From: a virus
Lineage: Duplodnaviria > Caudoviricetes
Length of the DNA: 64,000 nucleotides
Virus record (IMG/VR): IMGVR_UViG_3300021431_000076
Span: 128,001 to 192,000 of that record
Direction: 5' to 3' (one strand)
The notes beneath the pieces were generated by a model. It did not search any database. It was not told the origin of the DNA and worked only from the letters and a program-made list of their open reading frames with translations. Below are positions 10,045 through 20,373 of the stretch, piece by piece (the first letter of the stretch is position 1; every line of letters starts with the position of its first letter). Both the position numbers and the translations under genes were made by a program.

Positions 10045-10608
10045 TTAGAATGCCATTGGATGAACAGTGCTGTTGTATTCATGAATATCCTGATAGTGTC
10101 TGGTTGCCGGATCCTTGCGCTTATCAGTCATAGTCATGTAAGATCTATTTCTTGCTTTTGGAATCTGAATTGCATTATCAGTATCAATATACAGCATTTT
10201 CTTAATAGCAGCTTTCTGAGGATCTGTCATGCCAATAGCATTAGCAAAATTCTCATATGCTTCTTCTGTAAGCTGTACTCTGATATTCTGAATCTCTCCA
10301 TAGTCTACACAAATACATGCACCTGCAATAGTTGGTTTGTTACCAAATGACATTGCTGGAGATGCACCATGGAAAGTAGCATCAGTATTATATACAAATG
10401 CATAGAATACCTCGTTACTATCATCCCAGAAAACTGTGGGATTGTTTGGATTATAGATAACATTTAGAGAGTTATCACAGACTATATGAATCAAAGACTT
10501 AACTGTCTTTGTTGCGTCTGCTGGTGCACAATTCTTATCCTTATTATAAAGGGTAAATGTAGCTTGTTCACATTTCTGTCTTAATAATTGTACGGTAGCT
10601 GTTTCCAT
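10045..10608 (-). CDS. hypothetical protein
   Basis: AAGGAGG SD; AACA-N6-TAA at 10650-10662. Confidence 0.8.
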   Translation of the reverse strand: METATVQLLRQKCEQATFTLYNKDKNCAPADATKTVKSLIHIVCDNSLNVIYNPNNPTVFWDDSNEVFYAFVYNTDATFHGASPAMSFGNKPTIAGACICVDYGEIQNIRVQLTEEAYENFANAIGMTDPQKAAIKKMLYIDTDNAIQIPKARNRSYMTMTDKRKDPATRHYQDIHEYNSTVHPMAF

Positions 10609-10684
10609 AAATTAAAATCCTCCTTAAGAATGAGAGTATTCATAAATGATTATTAAACTGTTTATGAGATACTCTCTTATTCTA

Positions 10685-11224
10685 TCAAAGGATTAAATTC
10701 TTTGCACCCTTCATAAATGGATTTCCATTAAGCTGAATAGATATAGTGACTAAGAACTGAGGATTGCACATCTCAGGATGTATAAATCCATCAGGACCCA
10801 TACCAGAATCTCTATATTTTACTATACCTTCCATTATAGTGGAATATGCTATATATTTAAGCTCAGCTTTTTGCATAACAGATCCAAATACAGGATTTGC
10901 TAATATAGGTCTAGTATCAGGATCTTGTGGTCTATTAGCAGCAAATCTTAATGCATCTCTACATGCTAAAGTTTCTAATACTTTATTTTGAAGATCATTT
11001 ATAGCTTCTTGAACTATTCTAGGATCTCCTATAAAATATTGATAATACTTATTCTGCTGAAGATTACCAAATGCTAAATCTAAGTATAATACTTTTAACT
11101 TAGCCTGTATATCAGCAGTAGATGCTTTAGCAGTACATGTAGGGCCATTAGCACTTAGAAAGTGCTCAAAGAATTTACTAGGTCTGAGTTTCTTGTTTAA
11201 TGTAGAAGCTTTTAGTGCTCTCAT
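10685..11224 (-). CDS. hypothetical protein
   Basis: 179-aa ORF coupled to the upstream gene. Confidence 0.8.
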   Translation of the reverse strand: MRALKASTLNKKLRPSKFFEHFLSANGPTCTAKASTADIQAKLKVLYLDLAFGNLQQNKYYQYFIGDPRIVQEAINDLQNKVLETLACRDALRFAANRPQDPDTRPILANPVFGSVMQKAELKYIAYSTIMEGIVKYRDSGMGPDGFIHPEMCNPQFLVTISIQLNGNPFMKGAKNLIL

Positions 11225-11225
11225 T

Positions 11226-11657
11226 TTACTTTACCCCTTTATTGATTTCTTTGTTATACAACAGATTCAAATCCAAATCAGGATAGAGGTCAGAAGCATA
11301 TGCATCCAAATCATCTACTGTGAAATTGGTATGAACTTTACCACTTTCAATACAGTGTCTCATAAAGCTATATACACTAACTTCTTCACCAAGATGGATA
11401 TGACCAGTCATAACATAAGAATTGACAATATCAATTCCCATACATTCTCCTTCAAGATATCCAAATGCTCCATCTCTCCCTCTTATAGATATCCAACGAC
11501 CTTCATGACAATCATCATCTCCAGGATTGTCTACATCAGTCATTAAGATAAGATATGGTTTAGATTCAATCATATCAATATCTTCAAACTGATTAGTGTT
11601 CGGATTGATGAACTGAACAACAGATTTGAAAGCTTCGACAGGTTTGTGTAATGGCAT
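11226..11657 (-). CDS. hypothetical protein
   Basis: GGGAGG SD; promoter motif at 11746-11753. Confidence 0.8.
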   Translation of the reverse strand: MPLHKPVEAFKSVVQFINPNTNQFEDIDMIESKPYLILMTDVDNPGDDDCHEGRWISIRGRDGAFGYLEGECMGIDIVNSYVMTGHIHLGEEVSVYSFMRHCIESGKVHTNFTVDDLDAYASDLYPDLDLNLLYNKEINKGVK

Positions 11658-11798
11658 GGTAATTCCTCCCTAATAATAAAAAACATTTAATTTACCATGA
11701 GTTTAATAGTGATGAGCATTAGCTCATCACTAATCACTCATATGTATAGTATATGTCTAAATTTTAGTTTACTTTTACAAATAACAGTACTAATATAT

Positions 11799-11930
11799 AA
11801 TGAAGAATAGGGTTGCCTCCATTAATACGGTTTGCTCATCCGTGGTCATATCCTTTCTGATAATTGATTGTTATACATGCGTCTATTTTCCTATTCTTCT
11901 CCCATAGGTCATGGATGGCCTATGGGATAC
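11799..11930 (+). ncRNA. candidate sRNA exposing anti-SD sequences
   Basis: TACT-N6-TAA at 11788-11800; 10-bp closing stem 11802-11811/11890-11899; 3' hairpin 11900-11927 with G-U on the + strand. Confidence 0.5.
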
Positions 11931-11938
11931 TCATTGTC

Positions 11939-13198
11939 TTATACAGATCTACCATTGATAGATACTACAGATTTAAGAATAGGAACTTGTATACCAAGAG
12001 AAGGAATAACATAGATGCACTTCTGTCTGAATCTAGTAATGCCTGTATAGTTCAATCTTCTATTTACATCATATCCACCACCAAAGTATTCTTGGAAATA
12101 GATTCCATTGAAATACTGACTACCCTGAGAGATATGAGTAGTTATAGCATAGCCAAATTCAAACTTCTCTCCATCTGGTCTATATAGAGCATTACCAAAC
12201 TCTTTCATACATTTTCTAGTCTTATTATCAGCTACGAAATATGGATAGTCACATTCTATATTTCTAAATGTAAGAGAAGGAAACAAGTCTGGTATAAAGT
12301 CCATCTTAAATAGACCTTTCTTAGTAAATGTAGCTATACTAGGCATACTGGCAACTACACCAGATAATCCATTGGTTAGATTTACTCCTTCTAATTCAAT
12401 ATCCCAGTTATTCTTTCTACATATTACTCTTTCTCCTAGCTCAGGTAAGATACCATGTTTTCCTAGAATATCTTTTCTGATATGAAAGTTATAATAATCT
12501 CTGGTCTTATTCAATCCACAGATTATGATTCTATACTTAGGGATTATATGATTCTCATACTTCTCAAACATATCTCTAGGTAAGACTATCACATCATTAA
12601 AATCTCCAGGAGGTATATCCTCACCATGTAGAATTCTTTGAGAGAATTCTACTATGGCAGAATATTGTGCTTGTCTCATTATCTTAGTGAGATAATGTAT
12701 CTTAGAAGGATCTGTAAGAAATAACTCTTTATCCTTTACTGGAGGAAGCTGATTTAGATCTCCACAGACTAATACTTTTATACCAGTTCTAAATATATCA
12801 TTACCCATATGAAAAGGAACCATAGATCCTTCATCAATACAGATCAGTTTGATTACATCACTATTCAAACCAGTATAGATATATCTAAGTCTTTTTCTAC
12901 TTTCTCCAGTATATGGATCAGTTACAGTTTCTTCTATTGGTGTATAGAGAGATGAATGGATAGTTCTAGCATTTACAAAACCATTTATCTTCATAACAGT
13001 TGTAGCAGAACCTGTATATGCCATAGCAGCATATTCCCATTCATCTAACCCTAATGCATCTATGATAGCATGCATAACCAAAGACTTACCAGCACCAGCA
13101 GGACCACTATATTCAAATACTTGATCACTGCTATTATAGAACCATGAGACAGCATCTTTTATGATATTCTGTTGTTCATCAGTAAGTTCTATATTCAT
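11939..13198 (-). CDS. SF1B (RecD2/Dda-like) DNA helicase
   Basis: GPAGAGKS, TIHS, IDEGSM, GDLNQLPPV, RQ, YAITTHISQGS and YTGITR motifs. Confidence 0.92.
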   Translation of the reverse strand: MNIELTDEQQNIIKDAVSWFYNSSDQVFEYSGPAGAGKSLVMHAIIDALGLDEWEYAAMAYTGSATTVMKINGFVNARTIHSSLYTPIEETVTDPYTGESRKRLRYIYTGLNSDVIKLICIDEGSMVPFHMGNDIFRTGIKVLVCGDLNQLPPVKDKELFLTDPSKIHYLTKIMRQAQYSAIVEFSQRILHGEDIPPGDFNDVIVLPRDMFEKYENHIIPKYRIIICGLNKTRDYYNFHIRKDILGKHGILPELGERVICRKNNWDIELEGVNLTNGLSGVVASMPSIATFTKKGLFKMDFIPDLFPSLTFRNIECDYPYFVADNKTRKCMKEFGNALYRPDGEKFEFGYAITTHISQGSQYFNGIYFQEYFGGGYDVNRRLNYTGITRFRQKCIYVIPSLGIQVPILKSVVSINGRSV

Positions 13199-13752
13199 TT
13201 ATTATTTGCCTCAAACCATTCTTTCTCAAATACGTCATACTGATTTAGTACATCATCTATCATTTTATCAGTCATAGATTCTAGTCTCATAAAAGCTTCA
13301 AGATACTTAGTAGAATCCTTATAATGATTCTTAGTAACTATTCTAGCTCCATTACCATAAAGAATAGCTATATATCCATATGTATCTGTTCTAGGAATCT
13401 CTGTAGTAGAAGCTGCAAAGATTTGTGTAGCTACTATCTCTGGATGTACTTCTTCTACATATTTCTTAAATAACTCTTCCATAATGATTGGATTATTGTA
13501 TGGGTCAAATACTAAATCATTAGAATGGACTATACCCATATTAGTATATCTCAATACCTTTCCTTTAATCATTATATAGTCAGGTTCTAATGGATTATCT
13601 TCTGTATCTACTATATATCCTTCAGAATCATACTCTAATCCAGTTATTCTAAGTACATCATTAATGAAACTATCTGATAACTCAGGATTAGTGCATAGCT
13701 TAGATTTAATGTTAGTAAGGGATTGGATTTTGGGTTTCTTTTGTCTTGGCAT
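13195..13752 (-). CDS. hypothetical protein
   Basis: AGGAGG SD; ATGA overlap with the helicase; promoter motif at 13780-13787. Confidence 0.8.
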   Translation of the reverse strand: MPRQKKPKIQSLTNIKSKLCTNPELSDSFINDVLRITGLEYDSEGYIVDTEDNPLEPDYIMIKGKVLRYTNMGIVHSNDLVFDPYNNPIIMEELFKKYVEEVHPEIVATQIFAASTTEIPRTDTYGYIAILYGNGARIVTKNHYKDSTKYLEAFMRLESMTDKMIDDVLNQYDVFEKEWFEANNK

Positions 13753-13839
13753 TTGGAACTCCTCCTAATACTTTTAAATATAATATATCTCCAGATTTCT
13801 TATTCCTCTGACAAAGGGATAATGAAAGGGGAGATATAA

Positions 13840-14184
13840 ATGGCTAATATTGAGAATACTACCACTACAGAAATAGCTATTCTTATGGATGACCATGTAG
13901 ATAAATATCATCCAGGAATACAAGCTTTTAAATTACAATCTGTAAATGGTTTACAAAATACAACAAGAGAACAACAAACATTCTCTGTTAATATACCTAA
14001 TCTTATGAATAAAGATCCTATAAACATTGGTAAGATAAACACCTCTTCCATAGTTAAGATTAAACTTCCTAGAGAAGTTACTAGAGATTATCCTAAGAAG
14101 TATATTCCAGTAGGGACTAGATTCATAGTAACATTTAATTCTGGTGATATAACCAAACCAGTAATAGTAGGGAGAGAAGAGTAA
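13840..14184 (+). CDS. putative baseplate hub/spike OB-fold-like protein
   Basis: C-terminal P.G.....F..GD...PVI.G pattern typical of gp5/gpV N-terminal OB folds; adjacent to a gp53-like gene. Confidence 0.5.
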   Translation: MANIENTTTTEIAILMDDHVDKYHPGIQAFKLQSVNGLQNTTREQQTFSVNIPNLMNKDPINIGKINTSSIVKIKLPREVTRDYPKKYIPVGTRFIVTFNSGDITKPVIVGREE

Positions 14185-14666
14185 TGGCAGTTTATAATGC
14201 AGATATAAAAATTCCTTCAGATGCACATACTATAAAAGAATTTGTAGAAGTAGGTAATCAAAATAGAGCAAAGATAGGATATTCTGATTTGTCATATATA
14301 GAGAAAAGAGATGGAATGGAATATATAGTAAAGAATACTATTAATGATTATCTTTGGGAATTTAAAAGATATGCTAATACTGTGATCTTATCTAGTGATG
14401 AGGTATTAACTTATAGATATAATCCAAAGAAGTTAGCATTTGATATATATGGTTCTACTAGACTTTATTATATAATTCTTCTTATGAATGATATGTGCGA
14501 TGTTCATCAATTTAATTTAAAGAATAAAACTCTTCTTCTACTATCTCCTACACAATTATCTGACTATCTTTCTAGTGTATATAAAGCAGATATGAACTCT
14601 ATTGCTAAATTTAATAAAGCTCATGAAAATGATGTAGTTTATAGACCGATACTTCCATATAAATAA
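14184..14666 (+). CDS. T4 gp53-like (LysM-type) baseplate wedge protein
   Basis: P..LA..IYG...LYYIILLMN motif. Confidence 0.7.
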   Translation: MAVYNADIKIPSDAHTIKEFVEVGNQNRAKIGYSDLSYIEKRDGMEYIVKNTINDYLWEFKRYANTVILSSDEVLTYRYNPKKLAFDIYGSTRLYYIILLMNDMCDVHQFNLKNKTLLLLSPTQLSDYLSSVYKADMNSIAKFNKAHENDVVYRPILPYK

Positions 14667-14668
14667 TA

Positions 14669-14694
14669 AGTAGTATGGGGAAACCCATACTACT
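14669..14694. terminator. hairpin between convergent genes
   Basis: AGTAGTATGGG-GAAA-CCCATACTACT. Confidence 0.8.
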
Positions 14695-14697
14695 ATA

Positions 14698-16572
14698 TTA
14701 TTCGTTATTATATCCTTGCATCATATGATGTACTACAGCATTTATATATTCATTATATTCTTCATCAGATATATTCTTATATTTCTGAGGAACATGCTCA
14801 CATACTACTATACCTTCTGGTTCTTTCTTATCATCTTCTACTATTTGACTAAATTTAATATCAATCTCCTCTTGTTGTGGTGTAGGTTGAATAGGTATAT
14901 TTCCTAATCCTGGTTGTTCTACTGGCATTACTGTATTTTGACTAAGAGCATTCATTGTAGGTACAGTTTGCATTTGAGCAAAGTTAGAGAACTGATCAAT
15001 TATATCATCTTCAGTAGTATCTAATGAAGTCTTATACACTGGAGTTGCTAATCCATAATCCTCCATAAATGCTATTTGAGATGAATCATAGTATGGTATA
15101 TAGATACTAGTATCAGTTTTCTTTTCATCTATTGGATATCTATGTTTTACTAACTTCATACCCATAAATAAATGCAGTAAACCTCTAGCGTCTACCCATT
15201 TTTCTGGAATTATGATAATACTACAATCTAGATTTCTATCTATATTGATAGAATCACCAAAATCTGCTCTAGTAACATTCTTAATTAGATTATGCTTAAG
15301 CTTAGCTCTAGATTCATCTGTAACTTTTACTGCGCCTCTATTCAACTGAGATGCTGTAATTACTGGGATATTCTCTAAAGTACCAAAGGTCTTAAAGTCA
15401 TTTACAACAGTACCTAAATCCTGATACTGATCTTTAGTCCATACAGATGGTCTGATACGCATAAGATAATCTTGAATCAGACAAATTGGTTCAAATCCTT
15501 CATCTTTCAATTCATCTGTAAGCTGATATAGATAATCTGTGTTTACAGACATAACTGGTTTGAACTTAATTACTATCTCTATGGGATTACCTTTACCATA
15601 CTCAAACTGACATCTAGCAAATTCTGCTAATGCTTCTTCTGCACTAGCACACTCTCTTAATTCTTTACCACGAGTGATGATATGATACAATGCACAGATA
15701 TATTCTATAACAAAGTTTTCCATAGTCAATAAAACTATACAAGGTTTCTTTGTTGGATCCATAGTCTTATAATCTGCATTATATTTCCATATCTGATATA
15801 ACAAATTCTCTAGAGTGACTGTCTTTCCTTCACCTGGTAATCCAAAGAAACAATATACTCGACCTTTTTCAAAACCTCCACCTAGTATATTATTCAAACC
15901 TACCATACCAGTCTTAAGCTTATAAGATGGAGCTGTAATAAATTTATGTACATCATACAAACTATCTTGAATAGTAGATAATCTAAATAAAGTAGATGCA
16001 TCATCTGTATCAAAGCTATTCTTTCTCATATCATTATTGAAAGACCCTACAAGGTTCATTATAGGTTTGAACATTTGATTCTTTACTCTAAAATCAGAAG
16101 TTGTATAGTTCTCAAATGTATCTCTCATCTTAATGGCATAGTTATCCATAGTAACATTATTACACATTTGCTGGATAAATTGCTCTATAGACGATACAGT
16201 TTCATCCGATAGGTCTGTTAAGATTGGTTCTATTGGTTTAATATCTATTATGTTATCTATCATAGATAGCATAGTTAATCTACTAGCACCATTGTTCTTG
16301 ATTCTTATACCTAAAGCTACTTTAAGAAATGTAAACTTTAGAAGCATTGTTTGAGTCTTGAAATTAGTCTCATCTAAACAATCAATGACATCCTTAAGCT
16401 TTTTAATAGCTGCTCTATGTATATTAGTATTATCCGCAATAACATAACTGCATAGATTCTCCATAATAGGTTCTGATAATCCATAGAGTCTAGCTTCTAC
16501 AGATTGCATTGGTTTAGATAGATCATTACCTTTAAATTTCTTTCTTCTTTCTTCCTGTGTGCTTTTAGCCAT
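14698..16572 (-). CDS. dnaB: DnaB-like replicative helicase
   Basis: Walker A GLPGEGKT, LTME, QDYL, ASQLNR and K.R finger; start set to MAKST behind AAGGGAG. Confidence 0.88.
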   Translation of the reverse strand: MAKSTQEERRKKFKGNDLSKPMQSVEARLYGLSEPIMENLCSYVIADNTNIHRAAIKKLKDVIDCLDETNFKTQTMLLKFTFLKVALGIRIKNNGASRLTMLSMIDNIIDIKPIEPILTDLSDETVSSIEQFIQQMCNNVTMDNYAIKMRDTFENYTTSDFRVKNQMFKPIMNLVGSFNNDMRKNSFDTDDASTLFRLSTIQDSLYDVHKFITAPSYKLKTGMVGLNNILGGGFEKGRVYCFFGLPGEGKTVTLENLLYQIWKYNADYKTMDPTKKPCIVLLTMENFVIEYICALYHIITRGKELRECASAEEALAEFARCQFEYGKGNPIEIVIKFKPVMSVNTDYLYQLTDELKDEGFEPICLIQDYLMRIRPSVWTKDQYQDLGTVVNDFKTFGTLENIPVITASQLNRGAVKVTDESRAKLKHNLIKNVTRADFGDSINIDRNLDCSIIIIPEKWVDARGLLHLFMGMKLVKHRYPIDEKKTDTSIYIPYYDSSQIAFMEDYGLATPVYKTSLDTTEDDIIDQFSNFAQMQTVPTMNALSQNTVMPVEQPGLGNIPIQPTPQQEEIDIKFSQIVEDDKKEPEGIVVCEHVPQKYKNISDEEYNEYINAVVHHMMQGYNNE

Positions 16573-16630
16573 ACTAAAATCTCCCTTACTTGATTCTCTC
16601 GTACTAATCTGTCGAGGATATTTTTGATGT

Positions 16631-17776
16631 TTACAATGCACTGATTTCCTTGATAAATGATTTTAAGAGATCTGTTGTCCAATAAGATATTCCTTCTTTG
16701 CTATTTATAAACTGCACTAGCTTATCTTCTGCTGTAGAATTATCAAAGAGATAAGAATACTTATCATAGTTCATATTCATCTCTTCTAACTGTTTTTGTA
16801 TTCTGTGTTTTTCAAAGTTTGTTTCTATCTTGATATCCTTTCTATTAGCAAATACTGTCTTCAATATAGCTATCTTATCTAAATCTTCTACAGTAAATCT
16901 TACTCGTATATTATCAACTCCTTGAGCTTTAAGATTATTTATATAATCTACCATATATCTAGGATCTGTCTTAAGCATATCATCTAGATTAATAGTCTTA
17001 TATACAAATGATTCTATCTCTTCCATATGAACCATATATTGTCTAGTAGCTAGATTATGTAACAATACTAAATATCCTTTAGGTTCTTCTTCTCCATGTC
17101 TCCAACGTAAAGGAGATCCACAATAATAGAAGTCTTTCTTATAGATATTATGTACATGCACATGACCAGATATGATAGGTCCTCTACAAAGAGCAAAATC
17201 ATTCATACAGAATACTGGTTCTCTTGCAGAATCTAAATCAGGTTTATTCTTTCCTATAATAGAACCAACGAAAGTACCATGCATATAACAAGCATCATAA
17301 AGTCCAGAATCATAAAGAAAACGCTTATAATAATCATATCCTTTACCATACTCTTCCGTAATACAAAGAATTTTCTTACCTTTAACAAAAAGAAATTGAG
17401 TATTCAAAACTAATCTTAGATCAACTCCTGCCCCCATAAAGGGAGTAAAGAGTTTTAATTGGTCTGCATCATGAGAGCTAGTTCCATTTAAGATAATCAA
17501 TGTAGCATTCTTCTGAATACATATATCTACTAAGTCTCTTATAAACATCATAGCATACATAACTGCATCAGAATTAGCCATTAACTTTCTATCAAATACA
17601 TCTCCATCTATAGATACTATATCTAATACATTCATTTCTCTCAAATGAGATAAAAATTGATCAGAGAGTATTTGATATTCTTTAAGAGGATCTACTACAC
17701 CAAAGTGTAGATCCGCTATATGTGCTTCCATAAATACTTCTTGTGGTCTAATAAATTCAACTACTTTCTTTAACAT
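16631..17776 (-). CDS. SbcD/Mre11-like metallophosphoesterase nuclease
   Basis: ADLH, GDVFD, GTSSHD, MHG, GHVH and YCGS motifs. Confidence 0.88.
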   Translation of the reverse strand: MLKKVVEFIRPQEVFMEAHIADLHFGVVDPLKEYQILSDQFLSHLREMNVLDIVSIDGDVFDRKLMANSDAVMYAMMFIRDLVDICIQKNATLIILNGTSSHDADQLKLFTPFMGAGVDLRLVLNTQFLFVKGKKILCITEEYGKGYDYYKRFLYDSGLYDACYMHGTFVGSIIGKNKPDLDSAREPVFCMNDFALCRGPIISGHVHVHNIYKKDFYYCGSPLRWRHGEEEPKGYLVLLHNLATRQYMVHMEEIESFVYKTINLDDMLKTDPRYMVDYINNLKAQGVDNIRVRFTVEDLDKIAILKTVFANRKDIKIETNFEKHRIQKQLEEMNMNYDKYSYLFDNSTAEDKLVQFINSKEGISYWTTDLLKSFIKEISAL

Positions 17777-17873
17777 GTTGACTCCTCCTTATCTATCATT
17801 ATAATAGTATATGTCTAAAAATCATATTAGAGAAAAAAATACAAGGATGTAGAGTCCTTGTATTTTTTCCTGC

Positions 17874-18317
17874 TTATTTGCAGGAATCATCATCTGGATC
17901 ATTCCACTGTACTACCATATATGTGAATGGGTGTTCTTTGTTTGGATTAAATCTAGAAATTGCAAAACCGGCTTGCTCTGTAAGAGCCATAACTGCATCA
18001 CCAAGCACGTCTTTAGTGCATGTGATATCAGGTTCAATTTTGCTTTCTTTCTCTTTAGAAGATGCAACTTGAGCCATCGCCGTCTTGATATCATCGGCTG
18101 TTGCTTTTTCGTCAGATGCTTCTATTTCCTTATATAAAATAGTAGCATTAAACTGAGCTTTGTTCATAGCATCTTCGATCTTAGAAACAATGACATTTAT
18201 AACATTTTGCACATTTTTGTCATGTTTCTCTTGCTTTCTTTTAACAATTTCTGCGTAAACTTTTGCAGAAACCTCAGATGCTTTTGCGGCGTTGATAGAA
18301 ATGTTGAACTTTGTCAT
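17874..18317 (-). CDS. hypothetical early protein (structured-leader cassette A)
   Basis: Start MTKF behind AGAAAGGAG; own promoter and terminator. Confidence 0.8.
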   Translation of the reverse strand: MTKFNISINAAKASEVSAKVYAEIVKRKQEKHDKNVQNVINVIVSKIEDAMNKAQFNATILYKEIEASDEKATADDIKTAMAQVASSKEKESKIEPDITCTKDVLGDAVMALTEQAGFAISRFNPNKEHPFTYMVVQWNDPDDDSCK

Positions 18318-18388
18318 GATAAAAGACTCCTTTCTACTTTTAACTGTCTGCATATCAATCTCGTATGCAGATCTTTTGTCTTTATCAC
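18315..18388 (-). promoter_or_regulatory. structured 5' leader, copy A
   Basis: 5' GTGATAAAGAC pairs with GTCTTTTATCAT(G); inner stem TCTGCATA/TATGCAGA with a GAGA-containing loop. Confidence 0.7.
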
Positions 18389-18466
18389 GGCTATAATATA
18401 CATTTGAAATATAGTATTTTTACAAAAAAGATAGTAAGGGAAAAATCCCTTACTATCCAATTTACA

Positions 18467-19171
18467 CTAATTTTCTTTTTTTAACTTGGTGATGTTGTAA
18501 TACATTGTTTTTAAAGAAACTGTATGTAGGTCAACAAACTTAGGAGGAGTATCGTCATAAAGATCATATGGATCATCACGCCTAATATAGCGCATATCAG
18601 CTTTGAGTTTATCTGTAAGACTTTTTTTAATTTCCATCATCTTATCATATGCTTCAGAGCATTTAATATTGATAAAATCTTCAGGAATGGAAGAGAAGAT
18701 CCTAGATAATGTAATCGAAACATCACAATCTTCAAAGCAGCCAATTACATCATTCTCATCAATAGGTGCGCTCATTTTAACCCATATAGAATCAGTATAA
18801 GATGTTTCAATAGTCAAATCTTTTTTGTCTAATAACGTAGCTGCAACTAATGATATTCGTGATTTGGAACTTTTATGACAGTTATCAAATATACTGCCAA
18901 GCATTACATTAAATATACTCGATACAAAATCTTCTACAGCAACATATGCAAAGAATGGAAATTTAACAGTCATATTGTCTTCCCTGAGTTTACCAGTTTT
19001 AATATCAAGGTTATATGCAGAATTGACTATAAAATTAGTCTCGAAAACATCTGAATCATGCGCATATGATCCTGTATATACTGAAATGAAATCAGGATTG
19101 TTCTTGTCATCCTCTTCTGGTATATTCAGATTACTAGGAATCCAACTTTTGATGATTTCTTCTTTATTCAT
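18467..19171 (-). CDS. hypothetical protein
   Basis: AAAGGAG SD; third gene of the xpaC-telA unit. Confidence 0.8.
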   Translation of the reverse strand: MNKEEIIKSWIPSNLNIPEEDDKNNPDFISVYTGSYAHDSDVFETNFIVNSAYNLDIKTGKLREDNMTVKFPFFAYVAVEDFVSSIFNVMLGSIFDNCHKSSKSRISLVAATLLDKKDLTIETSYTDSIWVKMSAPIDENDVIGCFEDCDVSITLSRIFSSIPEDFINIKCSEAYDKMMEIKKSLTDKLKADMRYIRRDDPYDLYDDTPPKFVDLHTVSLKTMYYNITKLKKEN

Positions 19172-19183
19172 ATTGCTTCTCCT

Positions 19184-20350
19184 TTACACAGTTCCTCTAC
19201 TATTTTGAGTTGTAGCATATAACGTATCTTTGAGTCTAGACTCAATTTGAACAAGTTCTTGTTCAACTTGCTGTCTCTTAGCTCTGCCTTCTTGTTGAAT
19301 ACGAAGAGTCTCTTCGATGGTAGTGATAAGAGATTCATTTGCTTCTTTAAGACTCTCTATATCTACTATACCTCTTTCAGACTCTTTAGCAGTCTCAATG
19401 CTATTAGTCTTCAGCATCTCAGCATTTTTCTTGATAAGTTGATTAGTCATATCGGTAACAGACCGATTCAGTTTTAATACTTGAGCCTGTCTATTCAGAC
19501 CAAGAGATACACACACACTCATCTTCCAAAGAGGAAGTGTATTATTGATAGTGGTCTGTACTCTATCAATCAGCATCTTGTCATTATTCTGAATTAGACG
19601 AATCTGAGGAGCAGTTTGAATAGATATAGTCTTGGATATCTTCAAGTCATGAAGTTTCTTTTCAAATCTATCTACCATCTGTTCAAAATCTGCTACAGCT
19701 TGATTAGCCATCATATCACCAGACTCAAGAGCTTGCTGTTTAAGAGATGGTAACGCTACTTCTCTTAATTCAGTAAGTTTCTCTTCGCCAGCCTGTATAT
19801 ATAACTGAAGGTTCTTAAAGTATTCATAATTCTTCTTATATAAAGTATCATAAATCTTTATATCCTTCATCATCATATGCTGGGCCTTATCTAATTCAGA
19901 CTCTATTCTGGTGACCTGAGTAGATAGAGAATCATATCCTCTAATCATCTTCTTAGAGTTATCTACTAATTTACCTAAGAATGGAATCTTAGTAAGGAAA
20001 GAATTGTTAGACTTATCAAAGTCTTGTACTTTTCCTACTAAGTCATTCAGCAACTCACCAACATGACCAGAATCTTTAGTCTTTACATTCTGAAGTATAG
20101 AGTCTGAGAAAGTTGTAATATTTCTCTGTGCTACATTACCAAATGAAATTACTGAATTGGTATCAGTTATATTGATAGAATCTTTGATTCTATCAATCTC
20201 TTTTCTATCCTCAGGAGAAATCTCTGCTAGCTCAAAATCATTTTTAACAGGCATGGTTTCCTGCACATTCTGAATAGCAGTTTCAGAACTAGGAACTGCT
20301 TTATTAGCAGCTCCACTCATAATATCCTCCAATTTGTACTCTGTTGCCAT
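19184..20350 (-). CDS. telA: toxic anion resistance protein (TelA/YaaN family)
   Basis: Coiled-coil with FG..AQ, F.D.IL..VK.KD.G.VG.LL..L, Q.APQIRLIQ.N...L, T.P.WK and E.ERG.VD.E.L. Confidence 0.88.
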   Translation of the reverse strand: MATEYKLEDIMSGAANKAVPSSETAIQNVQETMPVKNDFELAEISPEDRKEIDRIKDSINITDTNSVISFGNVAQRNITTFSDSILQNVKTKDSGHVGELLNDLVGKVQDFDKSNNSFLTKIPFLGKLVDNSKKMIRGYDSLSTQVTRIESELDKAQHMMMKDIKIYDTLYKKNYEYFKNLQLYIQAGEEKLTELREVALPSLKQQALESGDMMANQAVADFEQMVDRFEKKLHDLKISKTISIQTAPQIRLIQNNDKMLIDRVQTTINNTLPLWKMSVCVSLGLNRQAQVLKLNRSVTDMTNQLIKKNAEMLKTNSIETAKESERGIVDIESLKEANESLITTIEETLRIQQEGRAKRQQVEQELVQIESRLKDTLYATTQNSRGTV

Positions 20351-20373
20351 AACTAAGCATTCCTCTCTTTATA

